This document shows, one piece after another, positions 41,791 through 51,300 of a stretch of 64,000 nucleotides of DNA. Numbering within the stretch: position 1 is the stretch's first letter; the number at the start of each line of letters is the position of its first letter. The position numbers and the translations under genes are program-made. The DNA comes from an uncultured Verrucomicrobiota bacterium. Its GTDB lineage: Bacteria; Verrucomicrobiota; Verrucomicrobiia; Limisphaerales; UBA1319. Location: the NCBI GenBank assembly GCA_964409245.1, contig CAYPCQ010000005.1, positions 30,879-94,878 on the forward strand. The letters run 5' to 3'. The notes under the pieces are model-generated. The model was not told where the DNA came from. It ran no database searches and saw only the letters and a list, made by a program, of their open reading frames with translations.

Positions 41791-44700
41791 ATGAGCATTC
41801 GCTGACCCCCGCCCAGCTCAGCGAGCAGTTGCGGAAACTGTGGCCGGCGGCCGCCCGGCCATCCCCATGCCTGGACCGCCCTGACCAGCGGCAGGCGGCG
41901 TGGGATCAAGCGAAGCGGTTCGAGGATCTGGCCTGCTCCGCCAGCCCGCTTGACCTGATGAGCGATACCTGGTTTGGGCGGGAGCTGGAGCCGGTTCGAA
42001 AGCGCACCGAATGGTTGAAGACGCAACCGGTATCGGATTCGCTTCCTTTTCTGAAGGAGCTTTTCCACTTCAAGCATTTGATCCTGACCCAGCGGGGGCG
42101 CGATGCGGAAGCCTTGTTTTATGGGCAGTATCCCAAGGCCAGGCGGATAATCCTCACCGCCATCCCCTGGACCTCGACGCTGATGCATCAGCTGGGCAAT
42201 GGTTTTACGGTGGTCGAGGTGCCGGTTCCTTCGGCGCTGGATCCGGGGCCGGATGAATTGTTCAAGGGAGAATGTGATCTGGCGGCCCTCAAGGACCATC
42301 TACAGCGGGACGCTTCCGGGGTGGGGATGGTGGGATTGGAATTGCTGAATAACGCAACCGGCGGCCATCCGGTGCGGCTTTCCCATGTGCATCAGCTAAG
42401 GGATCTGTTGCAGGGATGCGGAGTGCCGCTGGTCATGGATGCTTCCCGCATCGTTCGGAACGCCGTGCTGCTCCAGCGTTATGATCCGGCAAGCCAGGAA
42501 CGGGACGTCTGGTGGCTGGTGCGTGAATTGCTGGCCGGGGCGGATTACGTGGTGACCAGCCTCACCAAGGATTTTGGGGTGCCGGCGGGAGGGTTGATTG
42601 CCACTAACGATGACGCGCTGGCGGCGCGGATCCGGGAGTGCCAAAGCGCCCAAGGCTCGGTTGACATGGCCAAAGACCTGTTCATTGAGCAGTCGCTGGC
42701 CGGCAAAGAGGCGATCCGGCTGATGGTCGAGGAACAGCTGGCGCTCACCAAATCCCTGCAGGACCGCTTGTCGGATTGCGGAGTCCCCCTTTGCGGGCCC
42801 GCCTACGGGCATGCCATCGTCATTGATTGTGCGAAGTATCTGCCGGATCCGGAATCCAAGGCGGCCCGGGAAAAATTCCTGCGCGATCTTTTTATACAGA
42901 CCGGAGTTCGGGGCGGGATCCATCAAGCCGGACAGCAGCGGCAGGGCCGCCTGGCGCGGTGCATCAGGCTCGCCTTTCCATTGGGATTGGCGCGCACCCA
43001 TGAGGAATTGATTTTCGGGAAATTGCGGGAGTTTCTGGCTCCCCGAACTGCGGTGGAGGCGGCGTCTCCCTTGCGCGTCTCCCCCAGCGATGATTTTTCA
43101 GCATTTCTTCCGAACGCCGAAGGCGCGGCGGTGGATCCGGAGCCTTCCGGGATGGAAGCCATTGCCATTATTGGATTGAGCGGCCGCTTTCCCGGGGCGG
43201 ACAATCACTATGAATTTTGGGCGGGGATCCAAAGCGGGGCAAACTTTGTGCGGGAGGTGCCTGGGGAACGCTGGAATCACCAGGAGTATTTCGATCCGCA
43301 GCTGGGCAAAACTTTTGTGCCCCACAAAACGCGCTGCAAATTCGGAGCTTTCCTGAAGGGGCACGATCTTTTCGATGCCGCCTTTTTCAACCTGTCCAAC
43401 CAGGAAGTGGTCATGATGGATCCCCAGGAGCGCCTGGCCATGGAGGTGGTGTGGTCGTGCATTGAAGATGCGGGTTATATCCCCAGCCAGCTGGGCCACG
43501 AAGTGGGGCTCTTTGCGGGCGTCACTTACAATGAATACCAAAAGCTGATACCGCGAACGACCCATTCCTGCTTTCTGACCAGCCGGCTGGCCTACTTTTT
43601 CAATTTCAATGGGCCAGCCGCCGCCCTGGATACCGGGTGCGCCTCCTCCATGGCGGCGATTGACGCGGCCTGCCAGAGTTTGAGCAGCCGACGTTGCCGC
43701 GCCGCGTTCGTGATCGGTTCAAATGTCATTCTCCATCCTGACCATTATGCCAGTTTATCTCCTGAACTAAGTTCAGCCAGCCAGCCGGAGTCGATGCCGT
43801 TTGGCGATGCTGATGGTTGGATTCCGGCGGAAGGCGTGGCCGCCATCCTGCTCAAGCCTTTGAGCCAAGCCATGCGTGACCGGGATCATATCTATGCGGT
43901 GATCAAATCCAGCGCCCTGGGGCAGGAAGGCAAAACTTCGTGGTTCTCGGCTTTCAGCCCCAAACGCCAGGCGGATTTCCTCCAGCGGAGCTTCGAGCGA
44001 GCGGGTATTTCCCCCGCCACCATCAGCTACGTGGAAGCCGCCGCCAACGGTTCCCCGCTGGGCGATGCCATTGAATTAGAGGGGCTTGCCAAGGCCTTTC
44101 GGCAATGGACCCAGCGGGATGGTTGCTGCCCCATCGGCACCGTCAAGGCTAACGCCGGGCATGGCGAAAGTGTATCGACTTTGCTGCAATTGACCAAAGT
44201 CTTGCTCCAATTCAAAGCGGGGGAGATCTATCCCTTGCCGCACCCTGAAAGGCGGAATCCGAATATCCGCATCCAGGAGACGCCCTTCCGGTTTCCGGCT
44301 TTGACCGAGGCTTGGGACAGGCCCACGTTCCTGGTTGATGGGAAGCGTTTTTCCGTGCCTCGCCGCGCCTCCATTTCCTCTTTTGGGGGAGGTGGAAACA
44401 TGGGCCATTTGATTCTTGAGGAGGCTCCCCCGGGCCGGGATGGCCCCGATCCGCTGGCTTCCTACCTCATTCCGCTGTCGGCCCAAAACCCGGAACAGCT
44501 GCCTGGGAAAGCCGCCGACCTGCTGGCCTTTTTCGACCACCTGGAAACGCTGGATGCCCACTGGGCGGAGACGTATGGGCTGATCCACATCATGCACACG
44601 CTCTGGTTGGGACGCATGGCCCAGGCCCAGCGGGTGGCTTTCGTGGTGGCTGATCTGGAAGAGTTGAAGAACCAATGCCAGCGCTTCCTGCGCCAGGAGC

Positions 44701-45371
44701 CTCATCCCGGCATCATCGTTCAAGGCCAGGGCGTGGCTGGCAATCTGGATGTCCCCGGATTGATTGAATCGCAAAACTGGCCCGAGCTGGGGCGGCAATG
44801 GGTCAGCGGAAGGGAAATTCCCTGGGGGCACTTTTTCGAGTCCAAAAAGGCCAATCGAGTCCCCTTGCCGGGCTATCGGTTCGACCGGAAAAGGCATGAA
44901 ATCTCTCCAGAGGCATTCCGGCGAAAGGGCGGGAATCCCATCCCCGAAAAAACCGTGCCCCGGCCAGCGGGCGGCCTGCGTCCGCGCGCGGAGGAATCCA
45001 ATTTGATCCGGATCGTCAAAGCAGCGTTTGCCAAAGTGTTGCCGGCTGGCCGGGAGTCGCTGGACCTCGCCCGACCGCTGGATCAGTATGGCTTTGACTC
45101 GGCGATGGTGGTTGGGGTGGCGGCGGAATTGGAAAAGCATTTTACCCGAGTGCCGCCAACCCTGTTTTTTGAATGTGGCACCATTGGTGACGTGGTGGAG
45201 TGCCTGCGCCAGGCATCGCCCGGGAACGGTGGCCTTGCCAATGAAGCTTCCCGGGCCATTGCCAGCCCGGCTGAAGAATCGTCCGGGAAAGCCTTTAACA
45301 TCGACCAAGTGGTGGAAGACATCCTATCATACCGCCTGTCGGCTGAGCAGGTTTTGGAGCGGCTTGAATGA
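40797..45371 (+). CDS. Atypical PKS subunit, 1524 aa: DUF2156/MprF-C-like domain, tryptophanase/tyrosine phenol-lyase-like PLP domain, KS0, ACP, C-terminal docking-like tail
   Basis: The track ORF 40572-45371 has 75 N-terminal codons that overlap gene 3 and are Arg/Gly/Pro-rich junk. ATG 40797 lies 2 nt after the gene 3 stop (MNHQVIHEHELGKHPELEQLV...). Stop is TGA 45369-45371. Domain evidence is given in the separate features. Confidence 0.9.
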   Translation: MNHQVIHEHELGKHPELEQLVREIDERHPPVGYERLLYPWLLIMPESQAYARLILNQASQLIIPLLPIDESAYQHLDAFSRASGLGILLVDRFHPWLAQTGLRLVPVGVLQNIELGAFSLQGNRMRKLRYMVNRFASSGRARTVEYAPQDRPPFPAMIELMEAWGKAKNNVIWHTALCMEHLLKGELPAGHRAFLTFLDDRLCSIIVVEAFGRLGCLMDQEFYDPENAPLGHMEFAIVEMMERLRTEGLQVLSLGATWHPFTFGDHPHTDPEGWAWLKKNHERPTLLGKIFAQGQSNYQFKKKFGVEGEPLFAYLPPAAPWSTILNYWTVFYEHSLTPAQLSEQLRKLWPAAARPSPCLDRPDQRQAAWDQAKRFEDLACSASPLDLMSDTWFGRELEPVRKRTEWLKTQPVSDSLPFLKELFHFKHLILTQRGRDAEALFYGQYPKARRIILTAIPWTSTLMHQLGNGFTVVEVPVPSALDPGPDELFKGECDLAALKDHLQRDASGVGMVGLELLNNATGGHPVRLSHVHQLRDLLQGCGVPLVMDASRIVRNAVLLQRYDPASQERDVWWLVRELLAGADYVVTSLTKDFGVPAGGLIATNDDALAARIRECQSAQGSVDMAKDLFIEQSLAGKEAIRLMVEEQLALTKSLQDRLSDCGVPLCGPAYGHAIVIDCAKYLPDPESKAAREKFLRDLFIQTGVRGGIHQAGQQRQGRLARCIRLAFPLGLARTHEELIFGKLREFLAPRTAVEAASPLRVSPSDDFSAFLPNAEGAAVDPEPSGMEAIAIIGLSGRFPGADNHYEFWAGIQSGANFVREVPGERWNHQEYFDPQLGKTFVPHKTRCKFGAFLKGHDLFDAAFFNLSNQEVVMMDPQERLAMEVVWSCIEDAGYIPSQLGHEVGLFAGVTYNEYQKLIPRTTHSCFLTSRLAYFFNFNGPAAALDTGCASSMAAIDAACQSLSSRRCRAAFVIGSNVILHPDHYASLSPELSSASQPESMPFGDADGWIPAEGVAAILLKPLSQAMRDRDHIYAVIKSSALGQEGKTSWFSAFSPKRQADFLQRSFERAGISPATISYVEAAANGSPLGDAIELEGLAKAFRQWTQRDGCCPIGTVKANAGHGESVSTLLQLTKVLLQFKAGEIYPLPHPERRNPNIRIQETPFRFPALTEAWDRPTFLVDGKRFSVPRRASISSFGGGGNMGHLILEEAPPGRDGPDPLASYLIPLSAQNPEQLPGKAADLLAFFDHLETLDAHWAETYGLIHIMHTLWLGRMAQAQRVAFVVADLEELKNQCQRFLRQEPHPGIIVQGQGVAGNLDVPGLIESQNWPELGRQWVSGREIPWGHFFESKKANRVPLPGYRFDRKRHEISPEAFRRKGGNPIPEKTVPRPAGGLRPRAEESNLIRIVKAAFAKVLPAGRESLDLARPLDQYGFDSAMVVGVAAELEKHFTRVPPTLFFECGTIGDVVECLRQASPGNGGLANEASRAIASPAEESSGKAFNIDQVVEDILSYRLSAEQVLERLE
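41850..43060 (+). other. PLP-dependent beta-eliminating lyase domain (tryptophanase / tyrosine phenol-lyase family-like)
   Basis: Five blocks appear in family order: LDLMSDT; ELFHFKHLILTQRGRDAE (42057-42110; compare TPL ELFGFKHIVPTHQGRGAEN); LLNNATGGHPV (compare VNLAGGQPV); VMDASRIVRNA (Asp 42438-42440, Arg 42447-42449; compare DATRCVENA); and VTSLTKDFGVPAGGLIATND (Lys 42567-42569; compare MSGKKDxLVxIGGFLxMND). The domain is about 400-450 aa, the size of a full TPL/Tnase subunit. Confidence 0.7.
43152..45210 (+). other. PKS module 12 (non-elongating): KS0-ACP
   Basis: KS spans about 43152-44428 (MEAIAIIGLSGRFPG; Cys in LDTGCASS 43638-43640). The EAHGTGT block reads VEAAANGS (about 44031-44054), so that His is lost. 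ANAGH is retained, and GGGGNMGH replaces GxGGxNAH. ACP spans about 44998-45210 (DQYGFDSAM, Ser 45099-45101). Confidence 0.85.
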
Positions 45372-45387
45372 ACGCAAACAGCAAACC

Positions 45388-48300
45388 ATGAAAAAGAGCC
45401 TCATACGATCGATCCTCCGGCTAGTTCAGGATGGCTCCATCCCGAAGGAAGCGGGGGTGCGGCTCTGTTTTGAAGCTCGCCAACTGGAAGCCCAGTCCGC
45501 CCAGGACGGGGAGGCCACGGAGGTGGCCATCATTGGTTTGGCGGGGCGTTACCCGCAGGCGCGGAATATCGACGAACTGTGGGCCATCCTGAAGGAAGGG
45601 CGGGATGCGGTTACTGAAATCCCAGGCGATCGATGGGATTGGCGCGATTACTTTCATCCGGATGCGGGCCAGGCGGGAGGGCTGGGCAAAAGCTACTGTA
45701 AATGGGGCGGTTTCCTGGAGGGGCACGATGAATTTGATCCCTTCTTCTTCAACCTGTCCCCGCGGGAGGCGGATTATATGGATCTCCAGGAGCGTTTATT
45801 CCTGGAGGTGGCCTGGGAGGCCTTGGAAGACGCGGGTTACACCCGCCGTTACTTCGGGAAAATGAAGACCGACAATCCCCATTTCCGGGTGGGGGTTTTC
45901 GTGGGAGCGACGTGGCAGGAAGGCCAGCTATTCTCGGATTCGGACCAAAAGTGGCAGGGCCCCATCCTCTCCACCCACGCTTATAATATTGCCAACCGGA
46001 TCTCCTATTTTTGTGGCTTTGAAGGGCCCAGTCTGACCATCGATACGGCCTGTTCCTCGTCCTTGACGGCGCTGCACCTGGCTTGGGAAAGCCTCCGGCA
46101 GGGGACTGCGGACCTGGTTTTGGTGGGGGGGGTAAACCTGTCCATTCACCCGAACAAATACCAGGTTCTCTCCGGCGCCGGATTCGCCTCCAAGACGGGC
46201 CGCTGCCAGAGTTTCGGAAGCGGGGCGGATGGTTATGTGCCGGGCGAGGGGGTTGGGGCCTTGTTGTTAAAGGCCAAGGCCAAGGCGATCGCCGATGGGG
46301 ATCATATTTATGGGATCATCAAAGCGAGCGCGATCAACCACGGCGGCAAGACCAATGGCTACACCGTGCCGAATCCGGCGGCCCAGGCCCGCGTGGTGGG
46401 CGAGGCGCTGCGCCAAGCAAAAGCAGACCCGCGGACGGTCAGCTATATCGAGGCGCACGGCACGGGCACAGCCTTGGGGGATCCCATCGAAATTGCCGGA
46501 CTGGAAAAGGCTTTCGGGAGTGGCCTCGGCGCCAGACAATTTTGCGCCATCGGTTCCATAAAATCCAACATAGGCCATTGCGAAGCCGCGGCTGGGATTG
46601 CGGGAGTCACCAAAGTCCTGCTGCAACTGGCCCATGGCCAGCTGGCGCCTACGATCCACGCGGAAGTGCTGAATCCGCGGATTGACTTTGCCAGCTCCCC
46701 CTTCCGGGTTCAGCGCCAGTTGGAGGAATGGCCGCGTCCGGTCCTGGCGGCCGGCGGCGAGCTGCGGGAATACCCCCGGCTGGCGGGCGTTTCCTCCTTT
46801 GGCGCTGGGGGGGCTAACGCCCATGTGGTAATTGAAGAGGCTCCGCGGGAAGGTTTGCGCGAAACGAAATTCAATCCGAGCCGGCCTTTTGCGGTGGTCC
46901 TTTCCGCCCGGAACCAGGATCGGCTGGCCGCCCTGGCGGAACGCCTCCTGGCGCACGTCCAGGCGGCTGCCGACCGCAGCCAGGAATATCTGGCTAATCT
47001 TGCCTACACCCTTCAGGTGGGCCGGGATGCCTTGGAGGAGCGGCTGGCGTTTGCTGCGGTGTCCATGGACGAGGTCGAAGCCCGGTTGCGCCAGGCCTGC
47101 GGCCCGCCGGACCCTAACGAGGATCTTTTCCGTGGGCGGGCGCAAAGTGGAACGAAACCCCAGGCAGGGCAGGCTGAAGCCGATATGTCCGAGTCTCCTT
47201 CGGCAAAATCCGCAGTTGAGATCCTTTTAAAACGGTGGGTGCAGGGCGGGCTGGTCGATTGGGAAGCGCTGCACGCGGATGAGTCGCTGCGCCGAATCCG
47301 CCTGCCAGGTTATCCATTCGCCCGGGAGCGCCATCCCTTGAGCCGGGCTGTCCGCGAACAGCCCCAGGCAGTCCCGGCCTCCGTTCCGGCTGCACCCGGG
47401 GTGGCGGTGGCCGGTGCGTGGGATGGGCTGAGCTACCTTCCGCTGTGGATGGAAAAACCGGCCGCCGCGGCCAGGCCGGCCGAGGATACAGAACCTCATA
47501 ATATCCTGATTGTTCATGCCCCAGGCATGGCCGGCTTGGCGGAGGCGCTCGAACGATATTATGGCCAGCACCTGCCATCCGCCCGGTTGACCCGGTTGGG
47601 GATCGGCAGTGATTTGAAGCTCGATGATCCCGAGTGCGGGCGGGGCCGGTTGGGGGATGTGCACGCGATCGATCGAGTCTTTTTTTTGGCCGCCAGGGAT
47701 CTGCGGGCCATGGGCGCGGAGAATCTGCGGACCGCAAAGGCTTGTGAGCAGGAACTGCAGTTGCTGCGCCTGGCACGGGTATTTGGCCAGCATGAGGAAT
47801 TCCCTCTTTACGTGGTTTCTGCCCAGGCGCTTTGGACCGAGGATTGCGGCGATCTTCGCGGGGGTGGGGTGCCGGGCCTGGCTTGCGCCATTGCCCAGGG
47901 CAATCATCGCTTCCGGGTGAGGAACATTCAGGTGTCCGCGGGTGATTTGGCTTGTCCGGAGCGCAGGGAGTCCCTGGCGGCCCAAATTGCAGCGGAACCG
48001 CCCTCCGATCGGGCCTGCCCGGTCAGGCTGTCCGGAGGAGTTCGGTTTGAACCATCCTTTGCCAGGTGGGAATGGGGACAACCGGAGACGGGCCTGAGGC
48101 CCGGCGGAGTTTATGTGATCATTGGGGGGGGCGGCACCGTTGGCGGCGTGCTGACGCGGCACCTCATCCGGAATTATCAGGCTACGGTCGTTTGGATCGG
48201 CCGCCGGGCTGCGGCATCCTCGGAAATCGAGGCCGGGCTGGCTGCGCAGGACGTTAACGGCCGCCAACCCTTCTACCTCCAGGCTGATGCCACCGATCCC

Positions 48301-51300
48301 GACGCCATGAAGCGTGTGCTGGAAGTCGTCAAACAGCGGTGGAAGGCGGTTCACGGGGTGGTTTTCGCCGGCGTGGGGGCCTTCGGCAGCGGCGATTCAG
48401 TGGCTCAGGTGCCAGAGGCCGATTTTTGTCAACGGGTGGCCATCAAGACGGTTGGGGTGCGGAATGTGCTCGAGGCGTTCCGGCATGAGCCGCTGGACTT
48501 TTTCTGCCTCTTTTCCTCCATCCAGGCCTTTTCCTGGCTGTCCGCCCGGGATAGCGCGAGTTACGCCGCGGCGATCACCGGCGGGGATTCGGAAGCGGAA
48601 GCGTTTTCCCGCCAGGCCGGCTTTCCGGTCGGCCGCATTCATTGGGGATTTTGGAAGGCCTCGGTCGAAGGCTCCCCGCTGCAAGCCAGCCTGCAGGGGC
48701 GTTTTGGCGCCCTGGAGGACGGCGAGGCCTGTCAGTTCTTTGAACAATATACTGCGCTGTTGCGCCAGAGATGGGTGCGCCCGATGATTTGCATGCGGGC
48801 GACGGATGCTATTCGCCAGCTCATGGCTGGCGTTGATACCCAGGCCATGAAGGTTGCCAAAGGAACTGCCCATACCGTCATTTCCGCCCGCTCTCAGAAA
48901 AATCCTTCGGTGGCGATTCAGCCAATCCTCCAGGCGAATCAGGCGGCCTGGATTGAACTCGAAGAATGGCTGGCAAAACTCTTGCTGGTCCAGGTCCGGC
49001 AGATGGGAGCCTTCTCCCCGGAGGGGCGGGCGAATACCGCGGGGGGATGGCGCCAAGAGGCCCGCATCAGCGACAAGTATCAACGCTGGTGGGAGACTTG
49101 CTGCCTTCCCGCACTGGCCGAACGGGGTTTCTTGAAACAGCGCGGCGGCGAGCAGGCCTTGGACCAGGCCGGGCAAATCGATGCCGGGGATCTTTGGCAG
49201 CGGTGGGAGCGTCAGAGGGCAGCCTGGGAACAAAATGCCGACCTAAAGCCGGGCGTTCTCCTCGTTGACGCCTGCCTGCGGCGGCTGCCTGAGATATTGC
49301 GGGGCGGGCTGGCGGCCACCAGCATTCTCTTTCCCGAATCCTCGATGCAATCGGTGGGGGATGTTTACCAGGGGAATCCCATCGCCGACCTCTGCAATGC
49401 GGCGGTGGCGGAGTCGGTGGCGGATAACCTTAAGGAGCGGGTGCGTTTGGATCCCAAGGCGAAGCTGAGGATTATCGAGATCGGGGCTGGCACCGGTGCG
49501 ACCACCGCGGCGGTTCTGCCCCGGCTGGCACCCTGGCAGGCCCATATCGAACGGTACGATTACACCGACCTATCGAAGGCTTTCCTGCTGCATGCCGAGG
49601 ACCGTTTTCGGCCGGACTTCAGTTTTCTGAAGACCGCGATATGCAATATTGAGCGGCCCCCCGCCGAACAGGATTTCGAGAGCGGGAGCTACGATGTCGT
49701 GATTGCCAGCAATGTGCTGCACGCCACCGCCAATATCCGCCGCACCCTGCGCCATGCAAAATCGCTCCTGAAACGGCAGGGGCTCCTGGTGCTCAATGAG
49801 GCCACCCAAAAGACGCTGCTCGGCTGCCTGACCTTCGGCCTCCTGGATGGCTGGTGGCTTTTCGAGGATGAGGCGTGGCGTATTCCTGGCGCTCCTTTGC
49901 TCGATCTTCACCGCTGGCGGCGGGTGCTCGAACTGGAGGGATTCCAGAACGTAGCCGTGCCGCTGGAAGCCCCGGGATTGAGCGGCCAGCAGGTTCTGCT
50001 GGCGGAGAGTGATGGATTGATTGAATCCCGTGTTCCCCAGGCGCCGGTTGAAACGCGGCTGCCGCCGACGGTTGAAATTAAGAAAGCCCCGGCCAGCAAA
50101 CCGGAAAAGGCGCCTGGCGGAGATCTTTCCAACCGGGTGGCGGAGGTGGTCCTGGCCCATATGGCCGGCACGCTGAGAACCACCACGGACCAGATCGATC
50201 CGGATCTTCCGTTTTCCGACTATGGATTGGACTCCATTCTTGGCGTGGGCTTTATGGGAGCGGTCAACACGGAATTGGGCCTGGCCCTGAATGCCGCCGT
50301 TATTTTTGACCACACCAGCGTCAACCGGCTCACCAGCCATATCCTTAAAACCTGCCAGAAGGAACTGGCGGCCGCGACCGATCAAACGCCGCCGGCCCCC
50401 GCCGCCATTGCCGCGGAATCCCAAGCCAATCCGGCACCGGCCGTGGTTCCCAAGCCTGAACCGGGCCTCCCGCCCATTGCGGTCATTGGCCTGGCCGGCC
50501 AATTTCCTGGCGCTCGAAACGCCAGCCAGTTGTGGGAAAACCTCATGGCTGGCCAGGACGGGGTGGGGCGACTGCCGGCGGCCTATCTGAACGGGGAAGC
50601 CGGCGGCAAACCGCTCTACCCGTGGGGCGGAGTCCTCGCCGACCGGGATTGCTTTGATTCCCTATTCTTCAATATCTCCCCGCGGGAAGCCGAAGCGATG
50701 CACCCGCATCAGCGATTGGTTTTGCAGGAGTCCTGGAAAGCGCTCGAGGACGCCGGACTCAATCCGAAAGACTTGGAGGGTTTGCGGGTGGGGATCTATG
50801 TCGGCGCCGAGCCGGCCGGGTATGTGATGCCGTCCTTCACCGGGGCTTCCGAGGCGCTCATTGCTTCCCGGCTTTCCTATTTCCTGAACCTGAAAGGCCC
50901 GGCCTTGGTGGTCAACACCGGGTGTTCCTCCTCCGCGACCGCCATTCACCTGGCCTGTGAAAGCCTGCGCCATCGCGAATCAGACCTGGCCCTGGCCTGT
51001 GGTGTCTATGCCGGCATGCACCAGGGGGGCCTGAGCGTTTTGGCGGAAATCGGCATGCTTTCGCCCCGCGGCCAATGCCGCACCTTCGACGCAACCGCCG
51101 ACGGCACGGTCCTCTCGGAGGGGCTCGGTGTGGTGGTGCTGAAGCGGCTGGAAGATGCCCTGGCCGAGGGCGATCCCATCCATGGCATCATCGCCGCTTC
51201 CGGCTTGAACCAGGATGGAGCCAGCAATGGGATCACCGCTCCCAATGGGGCTTCCCAGGAGGCGTTGATCATCGATGTTTACCGCCGGTTCCAGATTAAT

